Below, one piece after another: positions 28,685 to 37,891 of a stretch of DNA of 64,000 nucleotides. Source of the DNA: Candidatus Peribacteria bacterium (GTDB taxonomy: Bacteria; Patescibacteriota; Gracilibacteria; Peribacterales; Peribacteraceae). Location: the NCBI GenBank assembly GCA_023245865.1, contig JAHFJN010000001.1:486722-550721 (forward strand), read 5' to 3'. Under the pieces are notes generated by a model. It made no database searches and was not told where the DNA came from. It worked only from the letters and a program-made list of their open reading frames with translations. The position numbers and the translations under genes are program-made. Positions within the stretch are counted from its first letter, which is position 1, and each line of letters starts with the position of its first letter.

Positions 28685-29383
28685 ATGAAAAAGCGCACCT
28701 TTCGCCACCGCGTTGAACGGACGAGGAACAAGCACTCCCGCGCGGTCTGTAAAGGCGAGACCATTGTGATTCGTTTGGCGCGAAACTTAAGCCGCACAGA
28801 GGAGCGCGAACATATTCAGAGTTTGCTTCGGCGGATGACCCACCTGGTCCTCGAGGAGCATCAGAAAATTGCAATCGATCCGTTTCGACATCTCCTGAAT
28901 GGAGGCCACACGCACACGGTGTTGCTCGGCAGCGGACGCACGATCAATTTCTCTCTTCGAGCCGGCGCACGCACGAAGGCTCTCAAAACTCGGCAAGGAT
29001 GGCAGATTGATGTGAGCCCGCACATTCGACGCGCGGCGTTGCATCGTTTCCTCTGGTCACTTGTCGCAAAGTCGGAGCGTACACGTATCACCGTACTCGT
29101 GCATCAAATCAATCATGAGACACTGCGCGTACCGATACGCGAGGTGAAGGTTCGCTTTGCAACCACACAGTGGGGCAGCTGTTCGCCGCAAGGTGTCATC
29201 ATGCTCAATACCGCTCTGCTGCTGCTCCCGCCCTCGCTGCTGCATTACGTCATCATCCACGAGCTTGCGCACCGCAACATCGCAAACCACTCCGCACGCT
29301 ACTGGGAGCACGTAGAATCGGTGCTGCCCACCTACAAGAGAGCCTACCGACAATTGCAGGGATATCGATTGCCGCAACTGTAG
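28685..29383 (+). CDS. YgjP/DUF45 (M48-like) metal-dependent hydrolase
   Basis: WGSCS..I.LN..YVIIHELAH..NHS..YW. Confidence 0.88.
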   Translation: MKKRTFRHRVERTRNKHSRAVCKGETIVIRLARNLSRTEEREHIQSLLRRMTHLVLEEHQKIAIDPFRHLLNGGHTHTVLLGSGRTINFSLRAGARTKALKTRQGWQIDVSPHIRRAALHRFLWSLVAKSERTRITVLVHQINHETLRVPIREVKVRFATTQWGSCSPQGVIMLNTALLLLPPSLLHYVIIHELAHRNIANHSARYWEHVESVLPTYKRAYRQLQGYRLPQL

Positions 29384-29413
29384 TGCATCCTTTATACTTC
29401 ATACATGTGCAGT

Positions 29414-29563
29414 ATGTTTTTTGATGGTGGCGATGAAGACAAGAAGAATCCCAAGCCCGACGAGGGAGGATCTGCGGCGGGTGATTACGAATCCTCGCAC
29501 GCGGATGCGGATATTGCGGTGCCAGGCGATGCGCCAGTAGGCAATATGGAATTAGGCGGATAA
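29414..29563 (+). CDS. small acidic hypothetical protein (49 aa)
   Basis: Open frame MFFDGGDEDKKNPKPD... filling the gap; below the ORF-track cutoff. Confidence 0.3.
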   Translation: MFFDGGDEDKKNPKPDEGGSAAGDYESSHADADIAVPGDAPVGNMELGG

Positions 29564-30127
29564 CGAGAAGTCCGCTTCACGACAGAGTAGTCCGAAGAGG
29601 AAAATGGGAAGCCCGACGACTCCCGTCCAATCCCCTTCTATTTTTTTGATCAAGAGTTGCCCCGGCCCGTCGATTTGAAACCCGCCGGAGCGCTCCCGCC
29701 AGAGGTCTGTCCCGATCCACCACGCAATGTCTGCGTCTGTGAGGGTGCGGAAATGCACGCGGGTGGAATCGAGACCTTCATGCTTTTTCCCATGTGAATC
29801 AATCAGACAAAGCGCGCTTCGCACCGTGCACACGTCGGCGCTCTGAAGCCGCAGCATCCGTGCTGCATCCTCTGCGTCAACCGGTTTTTCGAGAAGCGTC
29901 CCATCCCGCAAAGCAACGAGGGTATCTGCACCGAGCACAGAGCGACGCGGAAACCGACGCGACACATCCTGTGCTTTTAAGTGCGCAAGTTGCTGCGCGC
30001 GCTCTGCCGGTGACAGCGTTGGGTGATTCGGCTCATCGACCGCACTCACGATCACTTCAAACCGCACACCAAGACCTTCGAGCAACTTCGCCCGTTGCGG
30101 ACTGCGGGAGGCGAGGATCAACGGCAT
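29552..30127 (-). CDS. maf: Maf family nucleotide pyrophosphatase
   Basis: LILASRSPQR, GADTLV, EKP, IEGD..VVGLP. Confidence 0.93.
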   Translation of the reverse strand: MPLILASRSPQRAKLLEGLGVRFEVIVSAVDEPNHPTLSPAERAQQLAHLKAQDVSRRFPRRSVLGADTLVALRDGTLLEKPVDAEDAARMLRLQSADVCTVRSALCLIDSHGKKHEGLDSTRVHFRTLTDADIAWWIGTDLWRERSGGFQIDGPGQLLIKKIEGDWTGVVGLPIFLFGLLCREADFSLSA

Positions 30128-30206
30128 ATGTAAGGAATGTATGGAAAGTAAGGGAAGTACGGGAGGTACCTTCATGACCTACTATACCTCCCTTACCTTC
30201 AATACA

Positions 30207-30782
30207 TCATCTGACCGGCCGCGCCCCCTTCTTCGCATCGATCAATTCATCGAGGGTGAACTGCCCATCCCTCTTCGGCCCTTGCGTGGCTTTCACACGC
30301 GCATGCACGACCGACGTGATCGCTGCGGGGACATCGGGCATCAGGCTGAGACAAAGCGCCTTGAACCCGGGGAGGATCTCCTCCATCGAATCCGGACAGG
30401 CGTGCGCACGCTGGTAACGACGAAGCAGTCCGGCTTGGGTGTCATCGAGATTGCTCAGTTTCAGTGCTACATTCGTCGCGGGGGCAGCCTCGTGTTCGGA
30501 AGGCAACCCTTTCAAAAACCGCTGAATGCCGACGGGATCGTTCACATCGGGACACACGACATCCTCCCCATCCTTCTGACGCTTGGAACAGAGCGCAATC
30601 GCATCTTCGTAATCGCGACGAGTGTTGCGGAACGTATCTTTATTCTCCTTCACCTGTTCGCGCAGATTCGTGACGCTTGCATCGAGCAAAACCTTCCCCT
30701 CCGTATCGACAACGAGAGGAAACGCGGCAACGAGCGCGAGCAGTCCAGCGAGAACGTAGTGGGATTTTTGTTGTGTGTTCAT
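30207..30782 (-). CDS. hypothetical secreted or membrane-anchored protein
   Basis: N-terminal TM, Cys pairs. Confidence 0.7.
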   Translation of the reverse strand: MNTQQKSHYVLAGLLALVAAFPLVVDTEGKVLLDASVTNLREQVKENKDTFRNTRRDYEDAIALCSKRQKDGEDVVCPDVNDPVGIQRFLKGLPSEHEAAPATNVALKLSNLDDTQAGLLRRYQRAHACPDSMEEILPGFKALCLSLMPDVPAAITSVVHARVKATQGPKRDGQFTLDELIDAKKGARPVR

Positions 30783-30808
30783 ACACACATTGTACCATTT
30801 TTTGCCTC

Positions 30809-31777
30809 TTAACGCAATCCTACCGCTTTTTCGACCTTTTCCATCGTTTGACGGGCGATTTTGGATGCTTTCGCTGCACCCTCACGCAGCACCGCTTCCG
30901 CTTCTGCGGGATCCTTCTCAAGTTTTATGCGCTTCAGACGCATCGGCGCAAAATGATCCATACATGTTGCGAGCAGCTTCTTTTTTGCATCGCCGTACGA
31001 AAGCCCTTTGCGATACTCAACTGCGAGTGCCTTCTGCTCAGATAAAGAGAGGAAGAGTGTGTGGATCTGATACACGGTGCAGGTATCCGGATCTTTGGGA
31101 TCGTTCGCACCCTTGGAATCCGTCGTGATCCCCATGATGGCCTTCTTGATGGCCGCTTCAGATCCAAAGAGAGGAATGATATTGCCGTAGCTCTTGCTCA
31201 TTTTCTGTCCGTCGGTCCCGGGGACCACCGCTGCATTCTCGATGATCTGCTCTTCGGGAACGCTAAACGTTTCACCGTAATGATGGTTAAACTTGATCGC
31301 TATGTCGCGCGCGATCTCGACGTGCTGTTTTTGATCTTTCCCGACTGGCACGATGTTTGTATCGTAGAGCAGAATGTCCGCCGCCATGAGGACGGGGTAC
31401 GTAAAAAGCCCTGCAGAAGCGGAAATCCCCTTCCCCACCTTATCCTTATAGCTGACCGCACGCTCGAGGAGCCCCATCGGCGTGAGCGTTGCGAGGATCC
31501 ACATGAGCTCCGTATGTTCGGGCACGTCCGATTGATAAAAGATAATCGCTTTGCTCGGATCAAACCCGCATGCGAGGTAATCGAGAATGATGTCATGACG
31601 AAGCCTCCTCAGTTCGGCCGGATCCTGAACGGTCGTGAGCGCATGGAGATCTGCGATGAAGAAAATGTTCTCATCGACTTTAGGATCGCCCACCCACGCG
31701 AGGTTCGGTTTGATCGACCCGAAGTAATTGCCGAGGTGTAACTGCCCCGAGGGCTGGATTCCTGATAAGACGCGCAT
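30809..31777 (-). CDS. trpS: tryptophan--tRNA ligase
   Basis: SGIQPSG.LHLGNY, YPVLMAADIL, VPVGKDQKQH, KMSKS. Confidence 0.98.
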   Translation of the reverse strand: MRVLSGIQPSGQLHLGNYFGSIKPNLAWVGDPKVDENIFFIADLHALTTVQDPAELRRLRHDIILDYLACGFDPSKAIIFYQSDVPEHTELMWILATLTPMGLLERAVSYKDKVGKGISASAGLFTYPVLMAADILLYDTNIVPVGKDQKQHVEIARDIAIKFNHHYGETFSVPEEQIIENAAVVPGTDGQKMSKSYGNIIPLFGSEAAIKKAIMGITTDSKGANDPKDPDTCTVYQIHTLFLSLSEQKALAVEYRKGLSYGDAKKKLLATCMDHFAPMRLKRIKLEKDPAEAEAVLREGAAKASKIARQTMEKVEKAVGLR

Positions 31778-31857
31778 GGTGGGAGTATATCGTATGGAAG
31801 GTAAAGGAAGTAAGGGAGGTATGGGAGGTCCCACTTTCGTTACATTCATTACTTCCC

Positions 31858-32529
31858 TTACTTTCCGGACTTTTCGCGCAGCTCGCGCAGCGCTTTCTCA
31901 AACGACGGCGGCAGCCCTGCCTCGATATGGACCTTCTCCCCCGTGAGGGGGTGTGGGAAATCGAGAGAGAACGCATGCAGGAAGAAGCGGTGATAGTGAA
32001 AGTGCTTCGTGAACGCACGATCGAGTTTTTCATTGCCGTAGACCGGATCGAGCAGGAGCGGATGGCCGATGAACTTGAGGTGTTGGCGGATCTGATGTTT
32101 GCGACCGGTCTCGATCTGCACTTCGGTGTAGCTGGCCGTCGGGAATGCCTCGATCACCTTGTAATGCGACACCGCATCCACAAGCGTGTTATGCGTGCGT
32201 GCGGGTAATTTTCGCTCAATCGTCCCTTCCTTCAGCGCAATCCGACCCGCCGCGAGCGCGCGGTAGCGCTTGATCCACCCACGAAATTCGCTGGCGCGAA
32301 TCCTGCGCACCGCCTCGGCGGTACGCGCAAAGACGATGACACCGGACGTCCCGAAGTCGAGCCGGTGCACGACACGTAGCTCCGGGTGATTTTTTTTGAG
32401 GAAATCAAACAGCGGCGTCTTGCCATGTCCTCCGGCTGCAACCACGAGTTCCCCATCGAGTTTGTTCACAACGAACAAATGTTGATCTTGGTAGAGGATG
32501 CGGTCGGCGCGGATGTCTTTCATAGACAT
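31858..32529 (-). CDS. RluA family pseudouridine synthase
   Basis: VHRLDFGTSG, TGRKHQIR.H, LHA. Confidence 0.93.
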   Translation of the reverse strand: MSMKDIRADRILYQDQHLFVVNKLDGELVVAAGGHGKTPLFDFLKKNHPELRVVHRLDFGTSGVIVFARTAEAVRRIRASEFRGWIKRYRALAAGRIALKEGTIERKLPARTHNTLVDAVSHYKVIEAFPTASYTEVQIETGRKHQIRQHLKFIGHPLLLDPVYGNEKLDRAFTKHFHYHRFFLHAFSLDFPHPLTGEKVHIEAGLPPSFEKALRELREKSGK

Positions 32530-32636
32530 AGCATAGCGGAAGTTCGATGATTCCTCCTCTCCCTAAGAGTCGGAACTCAGGAGAGGGGTACGACGTATTG
32601 CTTCGATCAGACATCCCTCTTACAATTTTACTCTCC

Positions 32637-32713
32637 GGACGATTAGCTCAGCTGGTTAGAGCGTTCGATTCACATTCGAAAGGTCCCCGGTTCGAATCCG
32701 GGATCGTCCACCA
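32637..32713 (+). tRNA. tRNA-Val(CAC)
   Basis: GGACGAT...TTCACAT...GTTCGAATC...ATCGTCCACCA. Confidence 0.93.
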
Positions 32714-32813
32714 TCCCTTGACAGAGCGGCAAAACAGCATTGATGGCACGCGGTAAGAGGGGTAGGACAGGAAAGGTGCAGATCATTCACATCTTCGACG
32801 AAGGAGAACGACG

Positions 32814-33287
32814 ATGGACATCACCTGTATTCGAGTGAAGATTTTTGAGGAGAGAGATCGGGAAGAACGACTGCGCGCATTCGTCTCTGTGACATTCGAT
32901 CATGTGTTCGTTGTCAGAGACATCAAAGTCCTTGAAGGATCGATGGGGCAATTCGTCGCAATGCCAAGTCGAAAACTCACGGACAAATGTCCACAGTGCG
33001 GCGGGAAGAATCATCTGCGGGCGGATCACTGCAATCAATGCGGCACTGAACTGGCAGATGACCGTGCTGTCAAAGACGCCAATGGCCGCGCGAAGTTGTA
33101 CGCCGACGTTGCTCATCCGATCAATCCAAGGTTTCGTGAACATCTGACCGAAAGGATTCTCACAGCATACGAGAAGGAATTGGATCTTTCCAAGCTGCCT
33201 GGCTACGTATGCACCTACGACATCTACGACAACGCACGTTCGAGCGTCGAAGCACGGCAAGAAGAATTCGGCGCGGGAATCCTGTAA
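32814..33287 (+). CDS. spoVG: SpoVG family protein with inserted zinc ribbon
   Basis: LRAFVSVTFD..FVVRDIKV..FVAMPSRK..CPQCG..CNQCG..DVAHPIN. Confidence 0.9.
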   Translation: MDITCIRVKIFEERDREERLRAFVSVTFDHVFVVRDIKVLEGSMGQFVAMPSRKLTDKCPQCGGKNHLRADHCNQCGTELADDRAVKDANGRAKLYADVAHPINPRFREHLTERILTAYEKELDLSKLPGYVCTYDIYDNARSSVEARQEEFGAGIL

Positions 33288-33318
33288 CACCATTGCGTCA
33301 TATCCATCTGCACCACCA

Positions 33319-33349
33319 CCCCGGCTTCCATCGCGAAGCCGGGGGATTT
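33319..33349 (+). terminator. rho-independent terminator
   Basis: cccggcttc-catcgc-gaagccggg followed by attt. Confidence 0.55.
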
Positions 33350-33661
33350 CGAAAATTGCAATTTCTCTCATCAGACAGTATACTAGTAAACTGACTCATG
33401 CGAGGAAGATAGACAATTACTTTTCTTCGACCAGCAAGAGAGACCTGTACTCCGACATCGATTCGCTCAACCATGCTTCAACGAAGGCGCGATGAAGTGC
33501 TCCTGCAGATCGGAGAGCTCCTTCTTCGTCAGCCTACGATGATCCACCTTTCCGCCCATCAGTCAGCATAATAGTAAACTGGCTCATGAGGGACAAGTGG
33601 AAAAACATCGCCGGTTCTGCCGGAGGTTGACTATAAAGTTGAAGGTGTTATATTTTTAAAT

Positions 33662-34267
33662 ATGATTGAAGGGACTCAGTTGACATTTCTACGCGACTCT
33701 TCGCCTACCTACGACGATGGAGGATACTATTTCGACACGAGGGGAAAACGGAAAGGAACATCGTTCAATGCTGAACAATACCGAAGTCTTTCGCCGATGC
33801 TGCTGGTATTAGAAAGCCAGATAACGAGCCTCATTCCTCGAGCGTGCGGCTGTGAACATGAATACACGATTGCACGAACATTTCCGACGCAGCAAGAGTT
33901 TTTGAGCTCGAGCTACAATGATGTACTCGCCTGTTTGTGCCCGGAAGGCATACGAGGGGAAAATCCCAATTGTGCACATCGTGCCAGTGACCTCAATCCA
34001 GAACCGTTTGGCCCTGAACTCCATGAGCTTGCCCAGCATCGCGTCATCGATCCTAGGTCGTGGTACCGTTGGTATAAAAAGATGATTGAAAATATCAATG
34101 ACATCGACATAGCCATCAGTGATAGTTCCCGGGAGCGCTTGAAGAGCATGCAATTGGACGCCGAAAAACGCAGATGGATGCAGGAAGAGAACATCCGGGA
34201 ACTGCTCCGCATGCAGAATGTCTTGAGGAAAGGCATACAGTCTCTCCTCACGTTCATCGCGTCGTAA
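33662..34267 (+). CDS. hypothetical protein
   Basis: 201 aa ORF converging on dcd. Confidence 0.6.
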   Translation: MIEGTQLTFLRDSSPTYDDGGYYFDTRGKRKGTSFNAEQYRSLSPMLLVLESQITSLIPRACGCEHEYTIARTFPTQQEFLSSSYNDVLACLCPEGIRGENPNCAHRASDLNPEPFGPELHELAQHRVIDPRSWYRWYKKMIENINDIDIAISDSSRERLKSMQLDAEKRRWMQEENIRELLRMQNVLRKGIQSLLTFIAS

Positions 34268-34270
34268 GTC

Positions 34271-34849
34271 TCACCCTCGGAACTCCGCATCATTCATCAG
34301 TCTGCTCTCCTCGGGCAAAATTTGATGTTGATATTTACTCCCTAATTTCAGATTGTACGGCGTCTCGGCAGGGCTGCTCATTTGCTCAAACGCCAGCTGG
34401 CAGACGCGCATTCCCGGGTAGAGTGCCACCGGCATCCGGTTGAGGTTACTGATTTCGAGTGTGATAGTGCCGCTGAAACCGGGGTCCACAAATCCCGCCG
34501 TCGAGTGGACGATGATCCCGAGCCGCCCGAGGGAGCTACGCCCCTCCACCCGCACGACAAGATCATCCGGGACCGTGAGCGTTTCCATCGTGACGCCGAG
34601 CACGAATTCTCCCGGCTGTACGATGAACGATTCGCCCTCAGGGATCGTAATCATCCGCATGCGGCCCTGAAAAGTCTCGGGGTTCTTGGGGTCCAGAATC
34701 GCGAATTTACTGTGTTCGTAGAGCTTGAAGGTATTCCCGAGTCGCAGATCCATGCTGCTCGCGTGAATGTGAAACGGCATCACCCCGCCATCGATCTTCA
34801 CCCTGCCCGTGTCAATCGCCTTCTTGATATCCCTATCCGATAAGATCAT
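34271..34849 (-). CDS. dcd: dCTP deaminase
   Basis: MILSDRDI, S.DLRL, EGRSSLGRLG..VH.TAGFVDPGF.G. Confidence 0.96.
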   Translation of the reverse strand: MILSDRDIKKAIDTGRVKIDGGVMPFHIHASSMDLRLGNTFKLYEHSKFAILDPKNPETFQGRMRMITIPEGESFIVQPGEFVLGVTMETLTVPDDLVVRVEGRSSLGRLGIIVHSTAGFVDPGFSGTITLEISNLNRMPVALYPGMRVCQLAFEQMSSPAETPYNLKLGSKYQHQILPEESRLMNDAEFRG

Positions 34850-34889
34850 GCAGTGAGTATAGGGAGAAAATACTTGAAGTGGAAGGACG

Positions 34890-36635
34890 ATGCGATCAGA
34901 ATCACTCGCAAACCTTATGCCTTCGCTTACAGAACCCGTTCGGCAATCTTCAGCACACGATCTTCGCCGCGCCCACGACGAAGAGTACGCGGAAGCATCC
35001 GCAGAGTCGCAGCGTACGATCGATCATGCTATCACAGAATGTCGTTCGCTCTATCGCCATCGCCTCATCAACACGCGCACACGGCAAGAGTATGATAAAA
35101 TGTGGGAGGGGTTGCGAGCACAGGGTGAGTTGGAAAAGATGCAGGAAAACGTTCATTTTCTCTACGAAGCCGTCGCTGAGGCAATCGATTATGAAGCGGA
35201 TTTCAAACGTGAAATGAAAAAAGCTCACAAAAACAAATGGATCGGCGATGAGAGCAATGACCGTTGGATGGCGCGTTTTAACGATGAGAATGTACTGGAA
35301 TGGGATCGCAAGACATGGCTCAAGAATAACTTCCACGTGTACGTGGCAGGCTGGGAACGTGTCGGCAAAAAACAGAGTGACATCGAAAAATTTGCGAAGC
35401 ACCTGGGTGTGAACGCGAAACAAGTTCCGGAATTGAAGAATGTACTGACAAAATCAGAATTTCTCTCCTTTGAATTCCCCGAACGCGATCGTATGGCAAC
35501 CACAGCATGGAACGCTTTGCTTCAAAAAGAGGAAAATTTCAATAGAGCTCGTGCGATCTTCACCGACGCGACGCAAGGGCCGGACAAATGTCTGGATCCG
35601 AAGAATGTCGACCATTGGCTGAAAATGGCGATGAAGAAGTCATCTCCAGAGGCGTATGCGCAAAAGCTGATCGCGAGCTGGAAGAGTCTGCGTCGACGAT
35701 TCGATGCCGTGAATAAACAGATGGACAAGGAAGGAATCTCCGAGCACTTCGAGCGCCTTTCCCCCGAAAACTTCTGGTCAATGCCGATCAAGCATCGTGA
35801 GCATTATTTGAAGGAAGCGGCAATGCATCTACTCCACCAGAAAGAGAATAAGGAGAAAGGAAAAGTGAACGAAACGAAAACAGAATTACCGACACTTAAA
35901 ACCCGGATCGAGTCAGGATTACGGATGCAGGACTGGGACAAGGCGAAGCAGGGCTTGGCTGAAGCGAGAAAGATCGCCCCCCAAGACCGCGAGCTCGATC
36001 ACATGGAACGCTTCCTCAACCGATACGCCGATCCGCACGTGCGCGAACAAAAGAACAAAACCCCTTCACTGAAAGAAACCTTGGAAGCACGCGACCGACT
36101 GCGACATTTCGTGCGATTCGAAGCGGGGACAAGCGTGCAGCACAGTTACGCTGCGGTGATGGCAATGGGATACAGGCAAACCAAGCGATTTTTGCAATTG
36201 ATGTACAACCGCGTCTGGGTGCATGAACGCGGCTACTCCAATCAGTTGCTTGATATGCAGGAAGGATCGAGCAAAGGGAACAAACAAAAGACCGAAGAGC
36301 GAATCGAGAACGGCCATGAGTGGTACTTCGAACATAACATCATCGAGGGCAATACCGCCCAGAAGGAAGCGATTCGCGACGAATGTAAAAAACCCCAAGT
36401 CCTCCACATGGGACGCGACGGACAGCAAGCGGTCATCGATAAAGTGCGCGCGAACTGCGACAACGAACAATTCGGCTACTGGACAACACTCGTTCCGAAA
36501 GAGCTCTCGTATGCCAAGCACAGCGAGATCGTGAAAAACTTCCACTATCAAATCAAGTGCGATATGAAACTCCTCGAGCAAGCGGGAATGGCCTTCACGC
36601 TTACTGATGAGGTCCCATTGACCCATGCGGCCTGA
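34890..36635 (+). CDS. large helical hypothetical protein
   Basis: 581 aa ORF with a TPR-like segment WDKAKQGLAEARKIAP. Confidence 0.8.
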   Translation: MRSESLANLMPSLTEPVRQSSAHDLRRAHDEEYAEASAESQRTIDHAITECRSLYRHRLINTRTRQEYDKMWEGLRAQGELEKMQENVHFLYEAVAEAIDYEADFKREMKKAHKNKWIGDESNDRWMARFNDENVLEWDRKTWLKNNFHVYVAGWERVGKKQSDIEKFAKHLGVNAKQVPELKNVLTKSEFLSFEFPERDRMATTAWNALLQKEENFNRARAIFTDATQGPDKCLDPKNVDHWLKMAMKKSSPEAYAQKLIASWKSLRRRFDAVNKQMDKEGISEHFERLSPENFWSMPIKHREHYLKEAAMHLLHQKENKEKGKVNETKTELPTLKTRIESGLRMQDWDKAKQGLAEARKIAPQDRELDHMERFLNRYADPHVREQKNKTPSLKETLEARDRLRHFVRFEAGTSVQHSYAAVMAMGYRQTKRFLQLMYNRVWVHERGYSNQLLDMQEGSSKGNKQKTEERIENGHEWYFEHNIIEGNTAQKEAIRDECKKPQVLHMGRDGQQAVIDKVRANCDNEQFGYWTTLVPKELSYAKHSEIVKNFHYQIKCDMKLLEQAGMAFTLTDEVPLTHAA

Positions 36636-36658
36636 AATCCGCTATACTCCGCCGCACC

Positions 36659-37234
36659 ATGCGCATCACTCCCCTCCTCACACTCTCTGCACTCCTCCTC
36701 ACCGCCTGCGGTACGACCACAGGTGCTCTGCAGAAAGACAATTTGAAAAACCCCCTCTACGCCGCACAGTACTACGCCGACCTCACGGAACGGATGGTGA
36801 ACCTGGAACTCCAAAAGGACCCCGTGACGAAAGACGCACGGAAGAAGGCGATCATCGATCAAACCCGCAAGAACGGCGTAGCCAATGAACAACGCGCCGC
36901 CAGTGTGAAAGCACAGGGTCAAGAGGGAACATTCGTCAGTGACAGCGGGCTTGTGCGTGGAGAGGTGTTGCTCCTCAAACACACTCTCTTCTTCGGCGTG
37001 GATTTTGCAGCGGTGCCCGGGCCGGAGCTGCACGTATTTGTGAGCACGGTACTCGATCCGCGTGACGTGCGTTTCCCCGACAGCACCGCAGTGGATCTTG
37101 GTCCGCTCCCCGATGTGTTTGGGGCACAGAGTATGAGTATTGCCGAAACCGCAGATCTCTCAAAAATGCGCTCCGCGGTTCTGCACGATGTGAAGCTCGG
37201 GCAGATGTATGGGTTTGCGCAATTGAGCAAATAA
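36659..37234 (+). CDS. lipoprotein with DM13-like domain
   Basis: Lipobox LTAC; F..PGPELHV.VS..DLG.L..G.Q. Confidence 0.8.
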   Translation: MRITPLLTLSALLLTACGTTTGALQKDNLKNPLYAAQYYADLTERMVNLELQKDPVTKDARKKAIIDQTRKNGVANEQRAASVKAQGQEGTFVSDSGLVRGEVLLLKHTLFFGVDFAAVPGPELHVFVSTVLDPRDVRFPDSTAVDLGPLPDVFGAQSMSIAETADLSKMRSAVLHDVKLGQMYGFAQLSK

Positions 37235-37831
37235 TCATAGCATTTTTCCCGCCTTCCCAGCCGCCTCCTCGATCAATTTCCCGATCGCATCCACGCTATT
37301 CTCAACTTTCGTGCCGTTCACGAAGAAGGTCGGCGTGCTATTCACACCCAGTTTTTCCCCTGCCGCTTCCTCAGCCATGATCATAATGCGTTTGATGTGC
37401 GATGCCCTGCAACGATCAAACAGAGGCAAATCGAGATGAAGCGAAGTCCCCCACGCATCGAGCTCTGCCGTATTCAACTTCGCCTGTTCGGTGTAGGCCA
37501 GGTCCAGAAACTCCCAGAATTTCCCCTGGTCGGCCGCACATTCACTGGCCTCCGCAGCGGCGAGCGCATACTCGTGAATGCGAATCAGCGGGAATTGCTT
37601 GAACTCAAAACGAATCTGCGCACCGTACTTCTGGAGCAGCGGTGTCACCACCTTGTTATAGGCACCCTTGCATGCGGGACACTGCAAGTCGCCGTATTCG
37701 ACGACACTGACGATAGCATTCGCGTTGCTCTTGGGGCTCACGCCCTTCGAGGAATCGGGCGATAAACCGGTCGTATCAACACCGCAGGCAACGAGGGCAA
37801 GGAGGGCAGTGGTGAGCAGAAAACGCTTCAT
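37235..37831 (-). CDS. DsbA-family thiol-disulfide oxidoreductase (lipoprotein)
   Basis: Lipobox LVAC; EYGDLQCPAC; GVNSTPTFFVNG. Confidence 0.92.
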   Translation of the reverse strand: MKRFLLTTALLALVACGVDTTGLSPDSSKGVSPKSNANAIVSVVEYGDLQCPACKGAYNKVVTPLLQKYGAQIRFEFKQFPLIRIHEYALAAAEASECAADQGKFWEFLDLAYTEQAKLNTAELDAWGTSLHLDLPLFDRCRASHIKRIMIMAEEAAGEKLGVNSTPTFFVNGTKVENSVDAIGKLIEEAAGKAGKML

Positions 37832-37891
37832 AGGTAAGGAAGGTACGGAAAGTAAGGTACTCCTCTTGCGCCTCTGCTACAATCACCTCCC

